Source: Raillietiella orientalis
Lineage: Eukaryota
Direction of reading: 5' to 3'
DNA: 64,000 bases
Assembly (NCBI GenBank): GCA_036172245.1
Contig: JAYWIR010000116.1
Location: forward strand, 1 to 64,000
Shown: positions 26,297 through 38,026 of the stretch, piece after piece
How the letters are laid out: the number at the start of each line of letters is the position of its first letter
How positions within the stretch are numbered: position 1 is the first letter of the stretch
Position numbers and translations under genes: made by a program
The notes under the pieces: generated by a model
Database searches by the model: none
What the model was told of the DNA's origin: nothing
What the model saw: the letters and a program-made list of their open reading frames with translations, nothing else

Positions 26297-29150
26297 CTGT
26301 CATACGTGTACTCTCGGAGCGTTTATTGCAAACTTCTACAATTGAGGTAGAAGGCTACAATACGACCATGGACACCGGACCTGTCGGAACGCCTGGACAC
26401 CGTCTTGCGTGACGCTCCCCGGCAGTGAAAAGGTATGGGGAAAAAAACAAAAAGAAAAATAAGAAAACATATCGAAAACAAAAAGAAGTTGAAGGACTTG
26501 GAAGGGGTCACTGGACAATGGCAGAAGGGCCCATCCATTGAAGGAAGCTCTTTAAGTCCTTGTGCATTGTTTCCAGATGGGACCATTCTGTGGCTCTCAC
26601 TAGGAAGCTACGAGCGTACAAGATGACGTCCCTCTCGTGTTGGTCCATTTCTTCGTCGCGGGCATGGCTTCAGGCCGCCACAATACCTCGGATGCAGCAC
26701 AGTGCCGCCACAGCTGCGGCTGTCTGCAGTGCGTCCCTCACGAAGAGAAGCCGAAGAACGTCTCTGGGCGCGCTGCCCATAGGGAGCCCGTGGGTCGTCC
26801 CCAACCGTTCCCGAAGGGGTCGGAGGGCATTGCACTCCACAATGAGGTGGGAGAGCGATTCTCGATCTTCGCTTCTGGCAGACGCAGGATCCACAGCTCC
26901 CCTTGTCCAGTGGAAGCAGCGTGCGTTGCAGGGTAGACCCCAGTGCAACACTAGCAACGCCGACTCTTGCCACTTAAGAGGCAGGATCCCAAATTCACGT
27001 GAAATCGGGGGCCATTTCAGCTTATTAATCGGGATAGCGAGCAGTTTGCCCCATCTGAATAAACCTCGCGGGTGGACGCTCAGAGTGGTGGAATAGGCCA
27101 GCTCTCTCGCGGTCCATCCTCTCAACATCTTCACCTAGCCTGGAATCCGCCAGGACACTTGCCACTTCGGCGTCTGGCTGCTGTGCATCGCCCTTCGTAG
27201 AAAGGGCATGGCCGTGACAAGTGGTGTCGTCTCCGCCCATGTGCAGCTCGCGCGAATTGCCATAATATCCCGTAGAGTATGGCGGGCGTACATGCTGGAC
27301 CGCAGGCTGATGCAGGATTCTCCACTCCGCAGGTTTAGCATAGCCCAGATGCCAGCAGTCTCCCACATTCAGGCGGATAAGTTGGCGGGGCAGCAAACCA
27401 TCTAGCTGTTCTCAATCGCCAGGGTTGCCATGCATCCTAGCAGAAGGCTGCCTCTTCGAATCTTCCGGCCTGGACACAGAAGGAAAGATGCGAGTCTATC
27501 GCATCGAGACACACGGCTGGAGAGGAGACGGGCCGGAATGCACCAAGGGGTGCACCACATCTTCTCCGTGATGCTCATGGTGCGCCAGTGCAGCTGAATT
27601 TCCAGCCGCTCTAACGTCAGGAGGCCAAGAGCGCCGTCCCGTCGCGAAGCGCACAGGTCCTTCAAAGGGACACGGGGCCTCCCCTCGCCCCAAGAGCCTA
27701 TGCAGAGGAGGTCCTACGTCCTCTTCTTCACTTCGACGAAATCGTGGCAAACAAAAAGCAAGGGGCGGAGGATGGTTGCCGCAAACGCGTTTCATACTGC
27801 AGCCCGTTTCCGCAAGTGGAATTTGCCCTCCAGGAACGGGCCGATCCCCAACATCATTTTCTGAAGGCGGCCTGACCATGCTTCTGACAAGAAGAAGTCC
27901 CCCAGAGGAACGCCAAGGTACTACAGATATGCGCCCGTAGGGATCCTTAGGCGGATCCAGTAAGGCCGTACTATCCACGTCGTTCCAACTGCCACCATCG
28001 ACGATTTTTACTTGCTGACCCGTAGCCCTGTCTCACGGCTTAGCAGGTCGAAGAAATATTCGACTACCATTGATGGGGCGGACATTGGGAGCAGGAGCAG
28101 ATCGTCGGCATATGCGGACACGGCAAGCGTGCCGAAGCACGAGCTTGGCACGGCAGCCAAAGTCATCCTGTATGCTCTCAGCACCAACTCGAAGTAGGTA
28201 CTAAAGAGCAGGGGACTGAGGCTATCACCCTGCCGAATCCCACGGCGCACCGGCACGCCCTACACGTTCTGTCCTCTGAAACAGATATTTGTCGGCGCGG
28301 CGCGCCAGCAGGAGCGCAGGTACGCCGTTAAGGTAGGTGGGAAGCCCATGCGATGCAGAAGCTCCAGGAGAAGCTCCTGGTTCACGCAATCAAAATTTTA
28401 TGAAGATCGACTGCTATCGCTAGGGCACTCTTGCCCGCCCGGCTGTCCCCACCCTGACTAGCGGTCACCGTTAAATTGGGGTTACCGAGACATCTTTAAT
28501 ACTCTTTGACTTCTCTTTGCAAATAAAACCATGTGCTGGCGAAGAAAAGGTTGGCCTCCATACTTTGCTTGGTAACAGCGCAAATCTCCTCCGGGCTAAT
28601 TACGGATTCGGCTACCTGTCCGAGCCGCGCAGCTTACAGTTTGGCAGCCAACTTTACGTCCGTGTTCACGACAGTGATAGAACGCCAGTTGGTTAGCTTA
28701 CGGAGGTCTCCTCCCTTAGGAAGCAGCCTCATCTTTGCTGACCGGAACGAGGCAGGAACATCTCCTACTTCCTGGATCATCTGTGTAAACCTATGCACCA
28801 AGGGTATCATCTCTACCGCTGAGTTTTGAAAAAACTCCGCCGGTAGGCCGTCCTCTCCTGGTGCCTTCCGACTCTTGAGCCTTTTTATCGTGGTGATGAT
28901 TTCCTCTGTCGTGAAAGGCTTGTTTAAGCTTTCCCTTTCCTCCTCTTCTGTTACCGGGGCTCCTTCCGGGAGCAGCATTCGCGAGGCTTCCCGCTCGTGA
29001 GGCGCACTGGCTTATAGGGAGGAATGAAATTCCCACAAGATGTGTTGTATCGCGGCCAGGGCCAAGTGTTCACGGTGCTGTTCGTCCAGCAGGGTGGACG
29101 GCCCGGATTGCCAGGCTTGGTGCTTGTTTCCGGCTTGGTTGTCGGCCAGA
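26297..29150 (-). mobile_element. C-like element, copy C3: decayed ORF2 (linker, RT, C-terminus) and 3' UTR; left end precise, right end approximate
   Basis: KAPGEDGLPAEF, QGDSLSP, AYADD; C-terminus resembles C1 23038-25141; 3' motif at 26297-26327. Confidence 0.88.
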
Positions 29151-29560
29151 TGACTGAGTAGGTGGTCTTTGAGTAACGATGGGGATGGAAATGCGCCCTA
29201 TCATTGTAAATACCATGCGAATACGAATGTTGCCGGCGCCATAGGGAATCTCTCTCTATGGAGATGACTTCCCGATGAATGGCATTCCAGCTATTGCTGC
29301 CTTTCCGCGATGCGGTGTACCTATCTGTGATTCCGCGTACATAATAGAGAAATGCCACACACACAGCTGCTGGCAAGGCATCCTGCGTCAGGAGACGAAG
29401 GAAAATGTTCCTCAGCTTTCAAAAAGGAATGTTTAGTCCCGAAGTAATTCGATTCGATATTGGGTGGAAGGCGGTACATTCGTTTGTCAAGTAAGGAAAT
29501 TTCTCCCTTCCTCCTCACCTGCACAATGGTAATGCAGAAATCCTTATGTCCAGAGGAAAA
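29150..29560 (-). mobile_element. Highly degenerate remnant of an ORF2 C-terminus (zinc-finger region)
   Basis: DALPAAVCVAFLYYVRGI resembles DALRPAASLAALCCLRGI of neighbouring elements. Confidence 0.5.
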
Positions 29561-31310
29561 ACTTGCTGTACAAAGGAGTAACAGGAGCGAAGCTGTCCCC
29601 GGCTAATCGAGGGTGGATGAGTCATTGTCCCAGTGGCACCAACGTCCTCTTGGGTTTACTCCACTTCCTTCGAAGGAATGCCGAGCAGCACTCTCACGGC
29701 AGCAGAAATAGTTCCGATGGTAAATCCGAACGATCCGTTACTATAAGTACCAAAGCGTCCCGTTAGCAACTACTTAACTGCGGAGACGTGATCCAGCTTA
29801 CTCTGAAATGCTGACACGGCCATCCTTTCGTTTTTGGACGGTCAACGTATCTTGTGAAAACTGACTGAGGTATAGAACACGTTCGTGGACCCACTTTTGC
29901 ATTCCTTGCTTTCTCTTTGTTTCTCAACTCAAAATAGTAAGAAAGAAAATTAGAAACTCGAAGTGATCGATTTCTGGAACAAAAAGACGACACGATACCA
30001 ATTCGAGGACACGTGCACACTGCATTGGGCTGACAGCTACAGATACTCGATGCTAGAAAGGCAAGAGTTTTAGCTCCAGATAAGGATTCTTGCTTTTGCA
30101 GCGAATTTATCGATCACTTAGTGCGGCATTCCAGCATGACTTCACATTCAGTAAGTCAGAGAAAACGAGGGAATTGCGTTTTTGGTCGCACTCCGTCGCC
30201 ATCACATTGTCCACTGTGGTTTGCGGCTTCCTAGGATGAGAACTTGAAAAGCAAGGTTTTAGGATGAGTCTACTGCCACCGCAGTAACGGTAACACCTGA
30301 ATACAGGAAACCGCATGCATGTGGAGCAGACACCAGACGAACAGATGAAACTGGCACAACGGTCGTCGCCCATACGAAACAACCGTTGCTTGCTGCGTGA
30401 GATCATGGAGGATCCCAGTGAAAGTGCGTGAGCAGTAATTTCTCGCCGCTGCGCTGTCATCTCTCAGAGAATACCTCAGCAGCTCATAGCGAAGAAATAA
30501 GAAGTAAGGATCATCCCTTTTGGCAGACAGAAGAGACCAAGCATGTGAAACCGGAGCACCTCAAGGACGCTGAAAGCTGACCCAATAATGAAGAAACGTG
30601 TTAAACCGAGGAAAGTGACCAGCAAAATCAGCCAGCAATCTTAGAAAAACAGGGACCCTCAGAAAAGGATGGATTTACCATGACTTCTGTTCGGAGCAGT
30701 TCTTGAAACTACAAGAAAGATTTCCTATACCAATGAAGCAAATATATGCACAACAACCAGCACACAGACAAGAAGCCCTGAAATAATTGATGGGAAGGGG
30801 AGGTTTGATGGAGGATGCTGATGGCTTTGAAAATCGGAAAATCTCCTGTTCATCGTAGTGACTCCAAGTTTGAAGAATGACTTCTCCCTTTAATAAGAAT
30901 AACATATTCGAGAACTTCTTTCATGAGTTTTACATCAGAGAAGGCAAGCAAAATGTAGATCTGTTGTCAATTCATACCAACGGAACAGCGTTTTGCAAAC
31001 GTTCATCGAAACCAAATTAAAAACAAGACAAAAAGCAAATGTCGTTATAGGAAAATATAAAGAAGTATGTGAGAAGCAAAAATAAGTGGGCGACAGACTC
31101 CTATGGTTACAAGAAAAACGAGCAAAAATGCAACATAACCTAGGAAACCAATTTAAAATACTAAACCTACCTAACTTTATTTCTCCCTTTCAGGCACACT
31201 AGTTAGCTTCATCTTATAGAAGATTCTAAATAAACCCTTCCAAAAAGGTAAACAACTCAATATTACATATACACAACTCTAAGTATTCTGAAATTCTAGC
31301 TGTTTCCGCC

Positions 31311-31697
31311 ATGAGCTTAGGCTTTCAAGAAATGTCAGCACGACAACAGCTGAGGGTCCTCGCAGCAATCGATATACTGAGCAAATGGGTAATGAGGACT
31401 CCATTTGACGCGGCATACCTGAGCGAGAGCCTTTGGAAATTCATCAGAGAAGCAAGCCAGCATGACGACATTGAAACAATACCATTCATTGCTAACTATT
31501 TGAAAAAGAAACTCCGGGATAGTGGAATATCCACAATTGGAGATCTGCACCTACTACTCAGCAATAGTCAGTATAAAAGGAAGCCGTTTCTAGAAAGTAT
31601 AACCGACCTCATAGGCGATTATCGACCGGATACTAAGGAACAACTGAGATTTTTTGCATTAATCCTGTACTGCCGGATAGCATTTAAAGGCGAGTGA
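31311..31697 (+). CDS. 128-aa helix-hairpin-helix protein, putative barrier-to-autointegration-factor (BAF)-like
   Basis: Intact ORF, CGCCATG start, same length as the 55019-55405 paralog; ungapped by-eye alignment to BAF (F10, E13, I26, L30, KKL32-34, G38, F59, E61, D65, G68). Confidence 0.7.
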   Translation: MSLGFQEMSARQQLRVLAAIDILSKWVMRTPFDAAYLSESLWKFIREASQHDDIETIPFIANYLKKKLRDSGISTIGDLHLLLSNSQYKRKPFLESITDLIGDYRPDTKEQLRFFALILYCRIAFKGE

Positions 31698-31770
31698 AAT
31701 CCAAAAACTGCAGATAAGAAAAAAAAGAAGAATGTTCAAGTGATGAATCTAAAAGACACAAAAATATACC

Positions 31771-32065
31771 GGGTTAATTTAGGTTAGTTTAGTTTAAGTA
31801 TGGTTAGTTCAAGTTAAGCAGGGTGAGTTTAGGTTAAGTAAGATTAGTTGAGATTAAGTAAGGTTACGTTAGGGTAGGTTAGGTTCAGTAAGGTTGTCTT
31901 ATGGTACGGTAGGTTAAGTTAGGGTAGGATAGGTTAGGGTACGTTAGGCTAGGGTAGGATAAATGAGGGTGAGTTAGGTTAGGGTAGGTTAAGTTAGGTT
32001 ACGCAGGATAGGTTTGGTGATGTTATGTGACGTTAAGTTAAGTTAGGTTAGCTTAAGTGAGGCTG
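31771..32065 (+). repeat. Degenerate pentamer array, (TTAGG/TTAAG/GTAGG)n
   Basis: e.g. GTTAGGTTAGGGTAGGTTAAGTTAGGTTA with about 5-bp periodicity. Confidence 0.9.
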
Positions 32066-32089
32066 AGTTCGGTTGTTTTCAGACTCCGT

Positions 32090-33890
32090 GCGGTTTTATT
32101 CCACACTTTAGTCTTGGGCACCTCCGGAAAGGGAGGCGTCGCAACATTGCTTTAAGATGAACTCCGACGATGGAAATAGAAGAGACTGGCATTGTTCACT
32201 AGCATTGGGTTCCACTTCAGATCTTCAATCGGAACATCGAGCAACACTCTCCTGCTCAGAAGTCCATGAAGAGGCGTACTCGTGATCACAGAATCATTTA
32301 GCTGACCGGTCTTCCTCTCTCCTTGCTTCTCCATTCCTAAGATTTTCACTTCAACCTCACACTTCACCGACTTATCGCTGTACGGATTATAAATGTGAGA
32401 GCAGCAGCGAGGGGGTTCCACCTGGCCACGCTATCTTCTACGGATCCTTGGAGAAATCACGCAGCGTGCAATTTCTGGAGCGCTTAGCAACAAAACGTCC
32501 TTCCTGTTGGAAGCGTCGCATGCCGCTCTGTGCCTACGTGCGAACGGCGTCCTGCAACCAGGCACTACAGTTCGCTGGACGACAGTTGTTCTACCGTTGA
32601 TTTTCTCAAGTCAGGTCAGCCGCCCTCTACATCTGGAGTCCACAGGGGTTGATGCGCCTGCGATGAAGTGCAAGTAAGCTTGTGAGTCCCGTCCTTCCAA
32701 TGGCTCGCAAGGAGTGGAGACGTGCAGGTTTGCAACAGCAGTTGCGTCACAACTGCGGCACTACGGCCTTCATCCGAAATGGGAGCATCAGTTACTGCCG
32801 CTACAACGTCAGGTGGCTGACAAGGCCTTCCCAGCGTGGAGCCCACAATTCCTTCCTGCAGACTTAATCCTCCCGTTTTCCCGAAGGGCAATAAAGAGTT
32901 GGACATTCGTTTGCTTTTGATTCTGTATGTGTGCGGGAAAACAAGCAACAGGGTACGAAAAAGAAAAGCCGGGGACAAGTTCCAAACCGAGGCGCGAGAA
33001 TGCAGGAAAAACCTGACTCCCTGGAACGGGCCGATCGTCGCCTGTACCTTCTGGAGGCAGCTGGAACACGCATCAGAAGAGAGATAATTCCCCGTCGGTA
33101 CACCGAGATACTTGAAGTACCGTACCGCAGGGATCCCCAAACGGACCCAGTCCGGCTGCCCTACCCACGCCGCACCGACTGGCATCACGGAAGACTTCGC
33201 CCTGTTCACCTTAAGCCCAGTTCCACAACATAGGAGGTCGAAGAACTCCCGACCGACAATGCCGTGGTGAACCAAGGGAGCAGCAGAAGAATTTCGTCCA
33301 CAGACGCTAAATCCGGAGGCGTACCGGGACAGTCGCGCGACAGGTTCGGCAGGATTCCCATGTAGGCTTTCAGTACCAACTCAAAGGAGATACTGAAGAG
33401 AAAGGGGCTCAGGCTGTCTGTCTGCCTTATGACGCGTCGCACCTTCACGCCGGGCACGGACTGTGCGATGAAAAAAAGGTTGAACAAAGTGGTCGCTCCA
33501 GATGAAGCGCAGATAGGCCAACAGTAAGGTCGAGAAGCCCAAACGATCCACAAGCTTCAGGATAAGTCTCTGATCGACACAGTCGAATGCAAAGTGCACG
33601 TCGACAGCAACCGCCAGGGTTCCTTTCCACACTCGACCACCCGACTCCTTAACGAGCCACGCACCGGAATTCCGGTTGCAAATTTAGCCCCTTTAATGTT
33701 GAAGCACTATCCTGATGCACGCGTGGAACAAGTTCCCCTCCATGCTTCTCCTATGAACAGCATATTTCGGTTCCGGGATCACGAAGGCATATGCAACCCG
33801 TCCCATAATCTCCATTAGACGTCCAGGCATCGGGAGAATTAAGGGCATGTAGAATATCTCTGCTATTGGCCAAACCTTCCCCGAAACCAG
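32090..33890 (-). mobile_element. Old A-related ORF2 fragment with an internal deletion near 33820 (host of C2)
   Basis: PGFGEGLANSRD, GTLAVAVDVHFAFDCVD, RQTDSLSP, YFKYLGV. Confidence 0.85.
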
Positions 33891-35940
33891 GACTGAAAGG
33901 ACGGGTTTTTCCTTCGCTCTCGAGTGTGTCGACAGGAAGGCGTTTTTTCTTGGTGCCTTTTGTGTGGAACATCGTTGGTGTCCGATGGCATCCTTGCCTG
34001 AGGACACCACGATGAAGGTAGGAGTGGGGAAGGCTTCTCCAACCCCACAGCCTACTGCATTAGGGGCATCCACCCCGGAGTCATCTTTGGCCTCGCCGAG
34101 GACATGAAGCGCCATGGTGACCGAGCCCAGCGCGCAAGCCATGGTGGAGATGACCGCATACAAGGCCTCCGGGTACAAGCCGTCGCTTGTGTACCAGGTA
34201 GGTAACTTGATTGACGGCCGAACGGCACGCGCATTTAGCAAGGCGCTGCAAAATGCAAACATCCTAGAGAAGGATCTTGACGGCCTCTCCGTCCTCAGCG
34301 GTGTTCAAAAGGTCAAGGTGGTGTGCAAAGACATCACCTTGGCTCACCGCCCGATCCATGCGCCGCTGAAGCTTGACGGCCGCAAGATCCTCCCGGTATC
34401 AATGGACCGCTCCGTAGTGGTCCACTTGACCGGCATCACAAACCGCATGACACGGTCAGCGGTTGGTGAGGAATTAGAGAAATATGGTGAGGTGCACGCG
34501 CTGTGGCCTAAACCCACGATCTTTAATGAATATGACAGCCTTTTCAGGAGACAGGCTGCGGCGCGTGTTACTGTTAAAGAAAATTGTGGGCTTTCTGACA
34601 AACTGGAGGTTGCACAAGAGAACGTGGACCTTTGGCATATGGGAAGCCCCGGTATTGCGGGCACTGTAATACCGTGAGACACCTACGGAAACGGTGTCCC
34701 AATTTACAATGCCACTTGTGCAAAGAGCGGGGCCACGTTCGGCGCGCGTGCCCCAAACGCCCCACCCCGGTTCCCCAACTGCGAAAAAAGCGCAGTAGAA
34801 ACGCGCCTCAAAGACCGCGAAACCCAAGGCGGAAAGAGGCCAGCAGAAGCTACCTGCACCTCAACCTTCTGCGCAAAAGTAGGAGGAACAGCCTTCCCAA
34901 GCAGAGGAAGGTGAACAGGGCTTGCAAGTTGTAAAGGCCCGGAAAGAGAGGAATGATTCCAGCGAGAAACCTGAGAAAGCGGAGAAAAAGGAGACCCGAA
35001 AACCAAAAAAACCCAGTCTGCGATCGAAGACTCTCTAGGAGTGCTCGGTAGCACTGGAATGCGTCATGGTTATCGAGGATGCCACTCGAGGAGCCTCCCC
35101 AGGACGTTTCCGCCGCGCTCGAGGTTCGCGAAGGCGAACCTTCTGTTTACACAGAGGCTAAGCCGCGCGACGCGGTCGCGGAAGGCGAGGATGCCTCTTT
35201 CGCGAAGGCGGCGGAGGAGCTCGCAGCTACGCTGGCCGAGCGTAAGAAACCCTCACGGAAGGCCGTGCGGAGGCCGGCTCCCGCGAAAAAGGCCCCCACA
35301 GGTGAGTTGTACCTGGGGGCCGGAAGCGCATCCTCCTCCGCAGAGGCACCTCCCAAAAAGTCCGGACAAAAGTCCCCGAAGTCCCGGAGGAGGCTCCCAG
35401 AAGTCCCGGAGGAGGCTCCCTTACACCAGCGAGGAGGAGAAGCCGGAAGGAAGCGGTAGCGTGAAAATCCCGCGGTGAAAAATCCCACGCTCGGATGTCG
35501 TCGAGCGGGTCACCCCCATGGAGGAGGGAGATACGGAAAGCTAAGTCTTCGCTGCAGTCGCCGACTCTAAACGGCCTGCTTCCATGGAAGAAGGCTAACA
35601 GGTAGGCGCGACCCCTCCTGTGGGTCACCAGCCGAAAGCGCCGAAGCCGATGAAGAAGGGGGAGCCGGTACTCCAAGCACCTGTCTCTCCTCCTCCTAGC
35701 GTCCATCCCCAACAGGTGACGGACGCCGCACTACCAGTGTATCAGGATTAGCACCTAGGCTCGCCTGTCGCCGTCGGATCCGCGTGGCCAGTTGGAACGT
35801 CAACGGGCTGCGCGACGACGGCAACAGACGAGATGCGGCCGAAACCCTGCGTGAGTTCGACCTGGCCCTGCTGCAGGAGATCCACGTGATCACCGCGGCA
35901 GACGTCCAGGAGATCGAGACGATCGCGGGGTGTCGGCTGT
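33891..35940 (+). mobile_element. Element C2: 5' UTR, decayed ORF1 (33985-35751) and APE start, ending at D2
   Basis: 5' UTR shares GTCGACAGGAAG and TGTGTGGAACATC with C1; knuckles CGHCNTVRHLRKRC and CHLCKERGHVRRAC; WNVNG. Confidence 0.9.
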
Positions 35941-38026
35941 TTATCACCCGCGTGCGCCGGGGCGTTTATTAAAAACTATCCGGGAACAGAGTTCCTGCAA
36001 AAAGGGAAAGAAAAGAGAAGAAGAAGGTGAAATCCTCGACACGCAGGACGGTATGCCGAAAGGCGGAAACAGAAGGGAGACGACCACAAATACACTACTA
36101 TAAAAAATAAGAAGAAAAATATGGAGGGCAGGGGACAGGAGTCTTTGGTCAGTCCGTTCATTGCTTTGAAAACCGGCGATGGATGCAAGCAATCTCTCTT
36201 CTTAAGTCCTGTGGCAGATGGTCACACTCGAAGGCCGACGACATGCTTGCGCTGGCTAATCTGGTCGGCTGACGAAGGATAGCCATATTCTAACTCTCGG
36301 TGGCCATTGTCGATGGCACGAATGCAACACACGGTAACAACGACAGCACCCAAAGACAGGCCGCCTGGCGTGAAGAAACGGCGAATCAAGTCCATCGCGG
36401 TGTCCTTCTGATGCAGGAGAGCTGAGGCCAGCCTCCACCAAAGTCCTAGGAAAGCACCGCAGTCCAGGTGCACGTGCGGCAGCGTTTCCACTTCCCCGCA
36501 CAGCTTACAGTTTGGGGAGACAACTCCCCCGCAAACACGGTTCGTCCGCCGGTTGGAGTCAAAATACTAATGCACCAGCATGATGACGTCCTGCTTCTAC
36601 GAGAGAGGGAACACACAAATTTTCAAACAGGAGGGAGGGACCACAAGTTCTTCGGAGGGCACACTCAAGTGTTCACTCCACCGAAGGAGTCCCTTCGAGA
36701 TGCGGCGAAACGTGGTGGCGTCTGCCAACTCGCAAGTCCTCCAGCCGCCAATAGGTCGGGATGTTCCTGCAATGGAGCAGCCGACCTCTCATCTCGCCGG
36801 TTCGCAGCTGTCATCTCTTGCCCTGAGGGCTGACAGAGCGTCGGCGAGCGGCGTGACGGCCAGGCGAGTCCACTGCTCCTGGCTGTTGCACACCTCGTCC
36901 ACCGTGCAATACGGGAACAGGTGAGCCCAATGAAGTTTTAAAAGGCAAACATCCTGGTGCTTTGCCCAGCATGCAACAATTCCTGCCGTCAGGCTTGAAA
37001 GTTCGTTGGGTTGCAGGAGATCCGTTCCTGCGCTGCCAGGAGCCAGTAGATTGGTTTCAATGAAAAAACGAAACTATTCCTGGTTCGTTCCGTATGTGGA
37101 CGCAGCGAAAGAAGTCCATCGCTGCCGGTGCAGCACCGAAGTAGCAGGCGCACGGGCGCGCACCAAGGAGTGGTTCAAGGGTTAGCGCACAGGGCCAACA
37201 TGAGAAGCTGCACCTCCAGCTCGATTCTCTCCAGCGTCAGGATGCCTAGGGCAGAATCCCGATGCGCAGCCGCCAAGTCTTTCAGGCGAATCCTGTACCT
37301 AGCAGGACCTAAGAGAGCATTCCTCAACAGGCTGTGCGCCTCAAGCTTTGCCGAGTAGGAAGGCGGGCAAACAAAAAGCAGGTAGCGCAAGATAAGAGCA
37401 ACAAAGGTGTTCCATATCGCGGCCCGCTTAGACAGGAGAAACCTGCCATTCTGGAAGAAGCTCAGCGCAATCGTAGACTTCCGAAGGCAGTCCGACCACA
37501 CTTCCACTGGGCTGATGTTCCCCAGCCGTACGCCCAGATATTGGCTGGACGAAGCGGTCAAGATCCCCAGGCGGACTCAGTGGGACTGCCCCTCCCACGC
37601 CGCATTAATAGGTACGACCATGCTCTTGCTCCTGTTTACGCTCACGCCCGCTCTACGGCAAATTAGCTAGAAGAAATCCTCGAGACAGGACGCAAAGGTG
37701 ATCATGGGTAAAAGGAGATGAAGGTCCTCGGCATAGGCCGCCACGGACGGCGTTCCTGGACAAAGGCTTGGCAGCTTGGCCAGCGTCAGCCTGTGCGCCC
37801 TCAGAACCAACTCAAAGAAGATCCTGAAGAGCAACGGGCTCAAACTCTCGCCCTGCCTGAAGCTACGTCGCAGCGCCACGCCGTACACGTGGCAGCCCCT
37901 GAAAAACATGGGAATGAGAGCGCGGCGCCAGTAAACGCGCAAATACGAAACAAGGTGCACTAACAGACCAAGGCGTTCCAGGAGTTCCAGGAGGAGATCC
38001 TGATTGACGCAGTCGAACGCCTTGCG
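35941..38026 (-). mobile_element. Element D2: RT from KAFD to the C-terminus plus 3' UTR, antisense in C2 APE; host of A2
   Basis: RKAFDCVNQDLL, RQGESLSP, AYAED; 3' 1.1 kb homologous to D1. Confidence 0.9.

Larger units (their letters stand above)
30380..32065 (+). mobile_element. Pol-less BAF-like unit, copy 1 (3' part; left boundary uncertain)
   Basis: Colinear nucleotide similarity to 53985-55668 (e.g. AACCGTTGC...GGATCCCAGT; AAATCAGCCAGCAAT); AT-rich compared with flanks. Confidence 0.7.

Noticed and set aside
31771..32065. CRISPR array
   Set aside because: 5-bp periodic degenerate microsatellite with no repeat-spacer structure and no cas genes.
12650..37020. The repeated host/C/D arrangement (12650-15940 and 33700-37020) as a segmental duplication
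   Set aside because: The hosts are much less alike than the guests, and D1 has its own truncation point and TSD while D2 is longer. Not formally excluded without trees.
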